From Candidatus Nomurabacteria bacterium (lineage in GTDB: Bacteria; Patescibacteriota; Saccharimonadia; JAGOAT01), in NCBI GenBank assembly GCA_020639315.1, contig JACKGM010000001.1:374767-438766 (forward strand): 64,000 bases of DNA, given 5' to 3'. The notes under the pieces are model-generated. The model was not told where the DNA came from. It saw nothing but the letters and a program-made list of their open reading frames with translations, and searched no databases. Shown piece by piece: positions 33,305 through 41,608 of this stretch. The number at the start of each line of letters is the position of its first letter. Position 1 is the stretch's first letter. A program made the position numbers and the translations under genes.

Positions 33305-33800
33305 AGCAAGGAGACAGATAGGAAGACGCTTAGCTAAGCGTTTCAAAATCACAGCGATTAGGGAATATAGTGCCGGAGGTTTTGTCTTTCGTCAAAGTCC
33401 AGAGGGCGAGATTGAATTCTTACTGATTGAAGACAAAAGAGGTCGTTGGAGTATTGCCAAAGGGCATATTGATCCTGGCGAGACCTCTCAGGAGACAGCA
33501 CTGCGTGAAATCAACGAGGAGACCAATCTAGAAAGCCTTAGGCTAATCGAACTGATGGATGAGATCTATTTCTTTTATAAGATTGAGGGTAGGTTTGTCC
33601 ATATGACAGTATTTGTCTATCTAGTAGAAGCAATCAAGGGTTTCCAAGAAAAGATCCAAGTCGAAGATCTTGAATGGATTACGGGGGTCAAATGGTTTAG
33701 TGCAGTTGAAGCCTACAGACTGATAGAGTATCCAGATCTCAAACGCTTGACCAAGCACGCTTATCAACGGATTACAGGGAAGGAGTTAATCATCCCATGA
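33288..33800 (+). CDS. NUDIX hydrolase
   Basis: Nudix box GHIDPGETSQETALREINEETNL. Confidence 0.8.
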   Translation: MSRPIKARRQIGRRLAKRFKITAIREYSAGGFVFRQSPEGEIEFLLIEDKRGRWSIAKGHIDPGETSQETALREINEETNLESLRLIELMDEIYFFYKIEGRFVHMTVFVYLVEAIKGFQEKIQVEDLEWITGVKWFSAVEAYRLIEYPDLKRLTKHAYQRITGKELIIP

Positions 33801-34504
33801 TTGACAAATTAAGGCGGGATTTGCATCAGCTATTTGCAGGTTTTGGAGTCAAAGTCGATAACCCCGATCTAATGATCAGAGCATTTATCCACCGAAGCTA
33901 CCTCAATGAGAATCGAGGGATTGACAGTGAACACAATGAACGCTTGGAGTTTTTGGGTGATGCAGTCTTGGAATTGGTTACCACAGAGTATCTTTATCGG
34001 AGGTTTTCGCGTGATGAGGGAGTGCTGACCAATTTGCGGTCGGCTCTAGTTAAGACGGAGACTTTGTCTGAAACTATTAAAGATCTAGGGTTGTCGGATT
34101 ATTTACTAGTATCAAGAGGAGAGCTCAAATCAGGTGGTAGAGAGCGAACAAGTCTGCAGGCCAATTTATACGAAGCGATTATCGGAGCAATTTATTTGGA
34201 TCAGGGGATAGAACAGGCAAGGGCTTTTATTACTACTACCTTACTTAGCAGGCTTGATCAGATTGTATCAAGCAAGGCTTATCTAGATCCCAAGAGTCAC
34301 TTTCAAGAGCTCAGCCAACAATACTATAATCTTACCCCCACCTATCAAGTATTGGAGGAGACTGGACCTGATCATGATAAAGTCTTTACGGTAGGAGTAT
34401 TTATTGGCGAGAAGAGACTTGGCGTCGGCAAGGGTACTAGTAAGCAGTCGGCTCAGCAGACAGCAGCTGAAGATGGCTTAAATAACTTGCCAAATTTGAA
34501 GTAA
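33797..34504 (+). CDS. rnc: ribonuclease III
   Basis: Signature ERLEFLGDAVLELV, with a C-terminal dsRBD (GPDHDKVFTV...GKGTSKQSAQQTAA). Confidence 0.9.
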   Translation: MIDKLRRDLHQLFAGFGVKVDNPDLMIRAFIHRSYLNENRGIDSEHNERLEFLGDAVLELVTTEYLYRRFSRDEGVLTNLRSALVKTETLSETIKDLGLSDYLLVSRGELKSGGRERTSLQANLYEAIIGAIYLDQGIEQARAFITTTLLSRLDQIVSSKAYLDPKSHFQELSQQYYNLTPTYQVLEETGPDHDKVFTVGVFIGEKRLGVGKGTSKQSAQQTAAEDGLNNLPNLK

Positions 34505-34564
34505 TGCTTTAGATTATTAGATAGTGTCTAGATGGTCTAGACAGATAAATATAAGGAGAACTAA

Positions 34565-35197
34565 ATGAGTGAAAAGAAATTAGACCCAAGAATCCAGGCG
34601 ATCAAGACCCAACATACTTTTTGTATGATTAAGCCCGATGGAGTTAAGCGAGGGTTGGTCGGAGAGATTATCAGGAGAATTGAGACTGCTGGCCTGAAGG
34701 TAGTTGCACTCAAGATGATGACTGCAGATGAAGAGCAAATCCGCAAACATTATCCGATGAGTGATCAAGCTTGGGTCGATCGGCTTGGCGATAAGGGTCT
34801 TGGTACTTTTGAAGAATATGATTTGGACCCAGTCGAATTTCTTGGGACTTCAGATAGAAGCCAAATCGGGAGACAGGTGGCTGAAACTCTGGTCGGCTAT
34901 ATGACTTCAGGACCAGTGGTCTGTATGGTGATAGAAGGTGTTCAGGCGATTGATATGATTCGGAAGTTGGCTGGTCACACTTTGCCATTTAAAGCTGAGA
35001 TGGGGACGATCAGAGGAGACTTTTCCGTAGATAGCCCTGGGGTGGCCAATGTCGAAGGGCGAGCTATTCACAATCTTTTTCACGCTAGTGAAAACCCTGT
35101 CGAGGCTGCCAACGAAGTAGCCTTGTGGTTTAGCGAAGCTGACAAGCAGAAGTATTTTCGGATAGATGAAACCTTGATGTATTCAAAGCATTATTAA
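34565..35197 (+). CDS. ndk: nucleoside-diphosphate kinase (long form with internal insertion)
   Basis: TFCMIKPDGVKRGLVGEIIRRIE, TIRGDF, and the catalytic His in NLFHASE. At 210 aa it has a ~50-aa insertion after ..KHY. Confidence 0.8.
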   Translation: MSEKKLDPRIQAIKTQHTFCMIKPDGVKRGLVGEIIRRIETAGLKVVALKMMTADEEQIRKHYPMSDQAWVDRLGDKGLGTFEEYDLDPVEFLGTSDRSQIGRQVAETLVGYMTSGPVVCMVIEGVQAIDMIRKLAGHTLPFKAEMGTIRGDFSVDSPGVANVEGRAIHNLFHASENPVEAANEVALWFSEADKQKYFRIDETLMYSKHY

Positions 35198-35210
35198 GAG
35201 TAAGTATTAG

Positions 35211-35687
35211 ATGCAGATCTGGGCCAGTCAAGTCTCCAAGATGCCGATTTTTGATATCTCTCTTGGTAAATACATCGCTTGGACTAATGGTCTAGTTTTT
35301 GACCCTCAGAGCTTGAGGATCAAGCTCTTTAAGGTTCAGTCTCGCAAAGATCAGTATTATATTCGAGTGGAGGATATCTCTGAGATCATTGCCAAGAGAA
35401 TTTTGATCAAGAGCCAATCTGAAATATCAGAGGCGGACGATTTGATCCGTTATCAGCCTTTAATCGAAAGAAACTTGACGATGATCGGACTCCCGGTGGT
35501 CGATGATACTGGTAAAAAACTCGGAGTTTGTAAGGACTTACTACTTGATAGCTGGGGACTTGATCTCAGTGCGATTAGTATTAGACCTAGCCTACTTCAT
35601 CGGTTGCTATATAAAGAGCAAAGGATTGATGCCTTGCAAATCAAGCAAGTCCTTAATGACAAAATCATCATTCAAACCCCTAATTAA
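35211..35687 (+). CDS. hypothetical protein, possibly tandem PRC-barrel-like
   Basis: Two segments resemble the PRC-barrel pattern (G..V.D..GKKLG.CKDLLLD). The assignment is weak. Confidence 0.35.
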   Translation: MQIWASQVSKMPIFDISLGKYIAWTNGLVFDPQSLRIKLFKVQSRKDQYYIRVEDISEIIAKRILIKSQSEISEADDLIRYQPLIERNLTMIGLPVVDDTGKKLGVCKDLLLDSWGLDLSAISIRPSLLHRLLYKEQRIDALQIKQVLNDKIIIQTPN

Positions 35688-35721
35688 TCTCTGAGTCCTC
35701 GCTCCTGTCTTCTTATAATAC

Positions 35722-35823
35722 CAATGCCATTAACTTAAGACCTTGTAAGCTTTATTCAATGTACAAATCAAGCATGAATAGAACTCCAAAATATACTGAC
35801 CTTCCCTTAAGTTGATGGCATTG
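35722..35823 (+). mobile_element. MITE-C copy A (102 bp)
   Basis: Terminal repeats CAATGCCATTAACTTAAG ... CTTAAGTTGATGGCATTG. A second copy in inverted orientation lies at 63184-63285. Confidence 0.75.
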
Positions 35824-36218
35824 TCCCGTCATCCTCCGAAACTCGCCCCTTGTCTTGTCATCCTCCGAAACCCGTCCCTTGTCTTGTCATCCTCCGAAGT
35901 TCGGAGAACTTACGGGGGATCCAGTATTCGGGCATTTGCATTGTCATCCTCCGAATTATCCTTAAGAGAATTACGGGGGATCCAGTATTTCGCATTGTCC
36001 TGACTCCTAATACAAATACTGGATCTCCGGTATTTCCCCAAGGGGAAATCCGAAGATGACAAGAGGGGATGGATCTCCCATAAATCCTTACAGGATTTTG
36101 GAAAATGACCCACCTCCTGTCATCCTCCGAAACTCCGCCTTTCTCCTGTCATCCCCGAAACCTGTCCCTCCCCTGTCATCCTCCGAAACCCGAAGGGTTT
36201 ACGGGGGATCCAGTATTC
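35824..36218. repeat. REP/BIME-like hairpin-repeat cluster 4
   Basis: Phased half units, then full units (for example 35885-35925, 35943-35985 and 36174-36215) with inverted partners. Confidence 0.9.
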
Positions 36219-36286
36219 GGGATTTTGATTTATGTAAAAGTTAGGTATATAATCATAACTAGTTTAATAAAATAAAATGGAGGAAG

Positions 36287-36361
36287 ATGGGACTAATTAT
36301 GATTTTAATTGTTTGGGGATTAGTTGGATTAATCGGTTGGCGAGCTGTTTTCGAACGCTGA
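36287..36361 (+). CDS. candidate 24-aa hydrophobic peptide (MGLIMILIVWGLVGLIGWRAVFER), antisense to the recX 3' end
   Basis: The canonical promoter TTGATT-17-TATAAT (36225-36253) and GGAGG lie just upstream. The ORF overlaps recX by 33 nt on the opposite strand. It is not in the ORF track because it is under 60 aa. Confidence 0.3.
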   Translation: MGLIMILIVWGLVGLIGWRAVFER

Positions 36362-36766
36362 TTTGATCGATTGATAGTCGTAGCCTCGACGAGATAACTT
36401 TTGGAAATTTTTTGGAGTATTCTTTAGACTTCTTAGATTGATTTGAGTGATCAGGCTTTGTTTGACCCAGTCTGATTCGATTGAATCGATTGCTAGGCTG
36501 ATTAGATCTGGGCTAAGGCGTTTTTTGGCTAGGGCTTGTTTGAGCTGCAAAGGTGAACGATGTCTAATCCGGATCGCTTCTTCTGTCCAGGCAAGGGCTA
36601 GAGAGTTATCATCGATTAGCTTTGATGAGACAAGCGCACTTCGCACTGTTGGGGTATAGTTGAGCTGGTTTTTCTGACAATAGTTGATAATCTCTGATTC
36701 AAACCTAGGTCCGTAATTAATCCAGGTGACGATTCGATCAAGTGTTTTATTTTCTTCCGGGGTCAT
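36329..36766 (-). CDS. recX: RecX-family regulatory protein
   Basis: Helical-repeat protein whose C-terminus LSRRGYDYQSIKSAFE is typical of RecX. TGcTATGAT lies 6 nt before the ATG (36764-36781 on the + strand). Confidence 0.55.
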   Translation of the reverse strand: MTPEENKTLDRIVTWINYGPRFESEIINYCQKNQLNYTPTVRSALVSSKLIDDNSLALAWTEEAIRIRHRSPLQLKQALAKKRLSPDLISLAIDSIESDWVKQSLITQINLRSLKNTPKNFQKLSRRGYDYQSIKSAFENSSPTD

Positions 36767-36773
36767 AATTTGA

Positions 36774-38446
36774 TCATAGCACAGATTGCCTACTCTTATC
36801 AGATGTGATAGGGTAGAAACTGGGAAACTCAGGTTGCCCTGGTAGCTCAGTGGAAGAGCGTCTCCGTCCTAAGGAGAGCGTCGGGGGTTCGATTCCCTCC
36901 CAGGGTACCAAAGACGAACTTTTCGGGAAATTGTGGCGCGAATGCGCCGCTTTTTCTTTGGCTGCGCGCAGCGCAGACCAAAGGTTTTCAGAGGGGGGAG
37001 CAATTGCAGGGGCAGCCGTAGGCTGCGCCGTTTTGTTTTTTAGAAATAGGTTCAATCCTTCAATTTTTAGCAAAGCGTCCTTTTTCGCCTCAAGACTTCC
37101 ACTTTTTGCGGTTTCACAGATAGAATTAGCGAATTTTAGCCAATTGCGCATAGGTTCAACCCACGCATTGGCGGCAAGCGTTAGCTTGCCGATTTGTTCC
37201 TCTAGCGTTTTCTTGGCAGACATCAACTCGGCTTGTTTTGCCTTGTAGGTTGGCTTGTCAATGTCTTGGTCAAGGTAGCTATCAAGCAGGCGTTGTAGCT
37301 TGCCCTCTAGGTCGTCAATTTTGTTTCTCGCATCAGCGATAAACACGTCTGATGTTTCGCTGGCTTTTTGTTCGTCCTCGTCCAGCATACGCCCCAGCTC
37401 CGCCGCCCAGCTTTCAGGCAGGGCGTAGCCCTGCAATATGTTCGTGAGTTGCGCCGCTAACACTGGTTCGGTAGTCGGCGGCTCGGTACACCGCACCGCC
37501 TTATTTTTTCGGGTACACCTGTAATACACATATTCGTGTATATTGCCGTTTTTCTGGTACTTTATCTTTTTCTCGGCGGTAATCGCCATATTGCACATAC
37601 CGCAGGTCAACAAGCCGCAAAAGATTTGCGGCGCAGTTACACCCTTTTGCGGGTGGCAACGCTTGGCTATGGCGGCTTGCACGCGGTCAAACAATCGTTT
37701 TTCCATAATCGGCTTGTGCTTGCCCTCGTACACCTCGCCGTAATACCTGAAATGTCCGTAGTAAAACGGATTTACCAGCATATACTTGATTTGGTCTTTG
37801 CTCAAAGGCTTTTTACCTTTGGTCATAATGCCTTTTGTTTTCAAAAAGCCGGCAATATCTTGCAAGGTTTTGCCGCCCTCGGCGTACATCTCAAATGATT
37901 GTATGACAAGCGGTGCGCGCCGCTTGTCTACCACAATACTTTTGTGCCGTACATCGTTGATATACCCCAGAGGCGCAAGCCCTGGGTATTCTTTGCGCCG
38001 TACCTTTTGGCGCAAGCCTCGTTTTACGTTTTCGCTCAAGTTGTCCACATAATATTTGCCCTGGCTGAACGCCATAGACAACATAAACTTACCTTGCGAT
38101 GTGTTCTCAAACCAAAATGTCGGGAACTTCAACGCCACGAGTAACATTAGATCGAGAAAGTAAATGATATGCCCGCCGTCTACCGTATTTCTGGCTAGTC
38201 GGTCGGGGTGCCACGATAGCAAGCCGTTCGCCTCGCCAGCCTCAACACGCTTGAGCGTGTTGTTGAACTTTTTGCGCTCTGGCACTTTGGCGGACTTTTT
38301 TCTATAACCGTATCAACAATATACAAGTTATTGTCGGCTGCGTATTTACGCAGTTCGACTATCTGCGCCTCAACAGATAACACTTGCTTGTCCTCTACGT
38401 CGGTGCTTTTGCGCACATAGATGATGTATTTTTCTTGGTTTTGCAT
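36774..38446 (-). pseudogene. large serine recombinase, disrupted by a -1 frameshift in a homopolymer run
   Basis: The N-terminal ORF (38446-38195) has the catalytic motif YIIYVRKSTDVEDKQVLSVEAQ. The second ORF (38285-36774) has WHPDRLARN, a recombinase domain (YYGHFRYYGEVYEGKHKPI), a zinc ribbon (CGMC...YYRC...C) and a coiled coil. Adding one A to the A6 run (T6 at 38296-38301 on the + strand) restores ..VIEKKSAKVPERKKF.. in frame. The C-terminal ~45 codons are antisense to tRNA-Arg and the recX promoter. Confidence 0.8.
36836..36910 (+). tRNA. tRNA-Arg (CCU)
   Basis: GCCCTGG TA GCTC AGTGGAA GAGC G TCTCC GTCCTAA GGAGA GCGTC GGGGG TTCGATT CCCTC CCAGGGT A CCA. Pair 1:72 is G:U. A GC hairpin plus T-run at 36933-36955 follows. 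Confidence 0.8.
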
Positions 38447-38611
38447 ACCCGTACCCCTTTCTTAAACTCAAATAGCCGCCCTGTTGCACACAACTTCTGA
38501 GAAAACTCAAAAATTGTACAGGACGGCTATTCAAGCCAATGAAAAAGCTTTCTCGTACTAAAGTTGTGTGCAAGGTCTATTATACCAGAAACAAAGCCGC
38601 CAGCGGCGGCC

Positions 38612-39619
38612 CTAGATTCTATTTCCAAATGCAACCTTAGCTAAGTCTAACTCACTATTAGGGTTAGAAGCAAGCCAATCGTAAACCTCTTGAGGTGTAT
38701 GCCACCCTAGTCTTTTTCTAGGCTTGTTATTAAGCTCCCAGGCTATATCATCTAGCTCTTGTTGGGTTAGTCCCCTAATATCACTACGCTTAGGGAGATA
38801 CGCCCTAAGTTGTCCGTTGATATTCTCGTTAGCTCCTCTCTGCCAAGAGCTATATGGATCAGCAAAGTATACCTCTATACCAATAGCTTCTGTGATTCTC
38901 TCGTGTTTAGTGAATTCAGTACCATTATCAAAGGTGATGGTATGGGCAACAAGACCTCTAAGCCCGTCTATTACTGCATTGGCTGTCTCCTCTGCTGTCT
39001 TACGGTCTAGTTTAGTAAATACTACTAAACTACTAATTCTCTCGTTTACAGTGTTAATAGCTTGTTTATGTAGGTATAAGACACTATCACCCTCCCAATC
39101 TCCTAGTCTGGTTCTTTGATTTACAACTTCTGGTCTTTTATGGATAGATACTCGATTTGGTATCTTAGACCTATGAGATGACCTACCTTGATTCTTGGTT
39201 CTCTTTTTCTTGCCTTGTCTAAGATATTGATAGAGCTTTTCCTCTTTAGCCCAAGAGCTAGTATATATCCAGTTATAGATAGTTTCAGCAGAGACTGATG
39301 GGTGTCCTTCTTTCTTTAATCTACCTGAGATAGTTACTGGATTCCAGCCCTTCTGTAGGCAGTCTACTACTCGACTGCGTAAACGATGATTAACTGGGTT
39401 ATCTAAGATTGGTATCTGTCTAGATTCTTGTCGGTTCTCTTCATAGCTAGATTGAGCTATCCAGGTATGATAGATACCTTTACCATCAAGCCCTCTTTTG
39501 ATCTCTCTACCTATAGTAGATTTATCTTTACCAATTCGCTTTGCTATTTGATTATTTGTATAATTGTCTTGGAGTAAGACTTCTATCTTACCCCGTTCTG
39601 CAGCCGTTAGGTGACTCAT
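38612..39619 (-). CDS. IS30-family DDE transposase
   Basis: N-terminal HTH (LTAAERGKIEVLLQDNYTNNQIAKRIGKDKSTIGREIKRG) and a DDE core with the C-terminal signature SWQRGANENINGQLRAYLPK. Start taken at MSHLTAAERG (39619), which is inside the right inverted repeat. Confidence 0.85.
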   Translation of the reverse strand: MSHLTAAERGKIEVLLQDNYTNNQIAKRIGKDKSTIGREIKRGLDGKGIYHTWIAQSSYEENRQESRQIPILDNPVNHRLRSRVVDCLQKGWNPVTISGRLKKEGHPSVSAETIYNWIYTSSWAKEEKLYQYLRQGKKKRTKNQGRSSHRSKIPNRVSIHKRPEVVNQRTRLGDWEGDSVLYLHKQAINTVNERISSLVVFTKLDRKTAEETANAVIDGLRGLVAHTITFDNGTEFTKHERITEAIGIEVYFADPYSSWQRGANENINGQLRAYLPKRSDIRGLTQQELDDIAWELNNKPRKRLGWHTPQEVYDWLASNPNSELDLAKVAFGNRI

Positions 39620-39678
39620 GCAATCCTTTCGTTTAATTGTATGTATTATTCTAACGGTTGCATTTGATATTGGAACTA
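38613..39678 (-). mobile_element. IS30-family insertion sequence (about 1.07 kb) nested in the G+C-rich element
   Basis: Imperfect inverted repeats: TAGATTCTATTTCCAAATGCAACC (38613-38636) against the reverse complement of 39656-39678 (TAGTTCCAATATCAAATGCAACC). The G+C content is low, like the host, while both flanks are G+C-rich. Confidence 0.7.
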
Positions 39679-39762
39679 TGGAGCATTTCATTACAGGGGT
39701 AAATATGATACAACATAAACTTGCACGGAAGAAGCAATATAACGAAGGAGATTTTTGTAATT

Positions 39763-40311
39763 ATGGCTAGCTCTATGGAATTTGAAAAAACCTACCTGTG
39801 TCTAGAGGTACCCACGCGGTACATATCTGGTGAACCGACACGCATGATTGATGTGTATATACCAGAGGTGTCAAGCCACCCAAAGTTACGCTTGCGTCAA
39901 AAGGAGGGCGATACATATGAAATCACCAAAAAAACACCCGTTGATAATGACCCATCTCAGCAGCTTGAAGAAACTATTGGGCTGACAAAAGAAGAATTTG
40001 ATGCGCTCTTGGGTGCTTCTACGCGTAGGATTGAAAAATTGCGTGTACCATTGGCGTATGAGGGCTTTGAAGGTGAGCTGGACGTATTCGGCGGGGAGCA
40101 CATTGGTCTTGTATTAGTAGACTTTGAGTTTGCGAACACAGACGACCAAGAAAAATTTGGTCAGCCTAGCTTCTGTTCGGCTGATGTTACGCTGGAGGAT
40201 GCAATTGCTGGTGGTGTTCTTTCGGGTCTGAAGCATGAGGAGCTATTCGCCATATTACGTGATAAATATGGCTACGAACCGGTAGACGTCGCTAGTTTTA
40301 ATGAGTCGTAA
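39763..40311 (+). CDS. CYTH-domain protein (triphosphate tunnel metalloenzyme family)
   Basis: EFEKTYL at the N-terminus (ExExK-like), LRLRQKEGDTYEITKK, and LVLVDFEFANTDDQEKF..P.. with a C-terminal ..DVT.. pattern, all typical of CYTH/CYTH-like proteins. G+C-rich cargo of the integrated element. Confidence 0.6.
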   Translation: MASSMEFEKTYLCLEVPTRYISGEPTRMIDVYIPEVSSHPKLRLRQKEGDTYEITKKTPVDNDPSQQLEETIGLTKEEFDALLGASTRRIEKLRVPLAYEGFEGELDVFGGEHIGLVLVDFEFANTDDQEKFGQPSFCSADVTLEDAIAGGVLSGLKHEELFAILRDKYGYEPVDVASFNES

Positions 40312-40548
40312 AACCCCCAACCCTAAAAACTCCTTTCCTCCCACTGATTGCAGCACACGAACCACCAGCCAACCCCTTTTCAGCTAAAAAAAGAAATTCG
40401 GCGGGGGGAAATCTCAGAAAAAAGGCAAAGGGGGCGGCTGGTGGGGCGCGTCCGCCTTTGGGCGGACAGGCGGCGCGGCTCAGAGTTACACTTTTGTGCT
40501 AAAATGGGTTCTAGCGAGATTGTAAAAATCTACCAATTCCTAGTGCCA

Positions 40549-40577
40549 TTGATGAAATCATTTTAAGCTGGTATAAT
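40549..40577 (+). promoter_or_regulatory. promoter of the rpsF operon (TTGATG-17-TGgTATAAT)
   Basis: TTGATG at 40549-40554, TG at 40569-40570, TATAAT at 40572-40577, and the likely start ATG at 40585, 7 nt downstream. Confidence 0.6.
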
Positions 40578-40584
40578 GGAGAGC

Positions 40585-40878
40585 ATGCAAAGAAAATATG
40601 AAGTAGCAATCGTCCTTAGCCCGGATCTAGAAGCAGTAGTCGCTAATAGCAAATCTAAGGTTGAGTCTAGCATCACAGAATTAGGTGGTAAAATCGTAGA
40701 TGTCGATGAGTGGGGCAAGCGTCGCTTGGCTTATCCAATCAAGAAGCATGAGTGGGGAATATATTATTTCTTCTATGTCAAATTCGATCCAAAAGATGTT
40801 AAAGAACTCGAGACCAAGTTTCGATACAATCAAGAAATCCTAAGGTTTTTAGTGACCAAGCAAGAGGAGAATAAATAG
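40585..40878 (+). CDS. rpsF: 30S ribosomal protein S6
   Basis: MQRKYEVAIVLSPDL...WGKRRLAYPIKK. The ORF opens at 40576, but that ATG lies inside the -10 hexamer. Confidence 0.85.
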   Translation: MQRKYEVAIVLSPDLEAVVANSKSKVESSITELGGKIVDVDEWGKRRLAYPIKKHEWGIYYFFYVKFDPKDVKELETKFRYNQEILRFLVTKQEENK

Positions 40879-41321
40879 TGGCTAAGAGTTTCAATCAAGC
40901 AATCGTAGTCGGTAATCTGACTCGGGATCCTGAGCTCAGGACTACTCCATCGGGTAAGACTGTAGTAGGATTTGGTATTGCTACTAATCGTAGCTGGAAG
41001 ACTGAGACTGGCGAACAGCGAGATGAAGTAGAGTATCATGATATTGTCGTCTGGGGCAAGCTAGGAGAGATCTGTAATCAATATTTGGCCAAAGGGCGCA
41101 AAGCTATGGTGATCGGTAGGCTCCAAACTAGAAACTGGGAAGACAAGGAAGGCAATAAGCGTCAAAAAACCGAAATCATTGCTAGTGACGTTACATTTAT
41201 GGATGGTGGGGGTAGTCAGTCGTCTAGCTCTGGTGCTTCCAGTCAGCCCAGTCAATCTTCCAGCGTAGTTCAGGATATTGATGAAGGTTCTGAAGTCAAT
41301 CTAGATGATATTCCATTTTAG
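40878..41321 (+). CDS. ssb: single-stranded DNA-binding protein
   Basis: OB-fold motif NQAIVVGNLTRDPELRTTPSGKTVVGFGIATNR, and an acidic tail ending DDIPF. Confidence 0.9.
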   Translation: MAKSFNQAIVVGNLTRDPELRTTPSGKTVVGFGIATNRSWKTETGEQRDEVEYHDIVVWGKLGEICNQYLAKGRKAMVIGRLQTRNWEDKEGNKRQKTEIIASDVTFMDGGGSQSSSSGASSQPSQSSSVVQDIDEGSEVNLDDIPF

Positions 41322-41343
41322 CTAATAAGATATAGGAGAAGAT

Positions 41344-41601
41344 ATGAGTGATCCAGTAGACAACACCCAGCCAACCCAAGCACAAGCTGATGACCAAGCA
41401 ACTGACCAATCTCAGACCCCAAGACAATCAGGTGACAAGGTTGATTACAAAGATATCAAAAATTTGCAAAGATATATTACCCCGACAGGCAAGATTGATA
41501 GCCGTCGTCGCGGGGTGACTTCTAAGCAACAAAAAAAGATAGCCGATGCAATCAAGCGTGCCAGACACTTGGCGCTTTTGCCATATGTAGTAAACCAATA
41601 G
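41344..41601 (+). CDS. rpsR: 30S ribosomal protein S18
   Basis: [46 protein letters not shown]. Confidence 0.9.
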   Translation: MSDPVDNTQPTQAQADDQATDQSQTPRQSGDKVDYKDIKNLQRYITPTGKIDSRRRGVTSKQQKKIADAIKRARHLALLPYVVNQ

Positions 41602-41608
41602 GGCTTAA

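Noticed and set aside
40348-40566. The 72-aa ORF in the GC-rich tail of the integrated element.
   Set aside because: It is Arg/Gly-rich and low-complexity, a product of GC-rich sequence that contains a hairpin. It has no Shine-Dalgarno and runs into the rpsF promoter.
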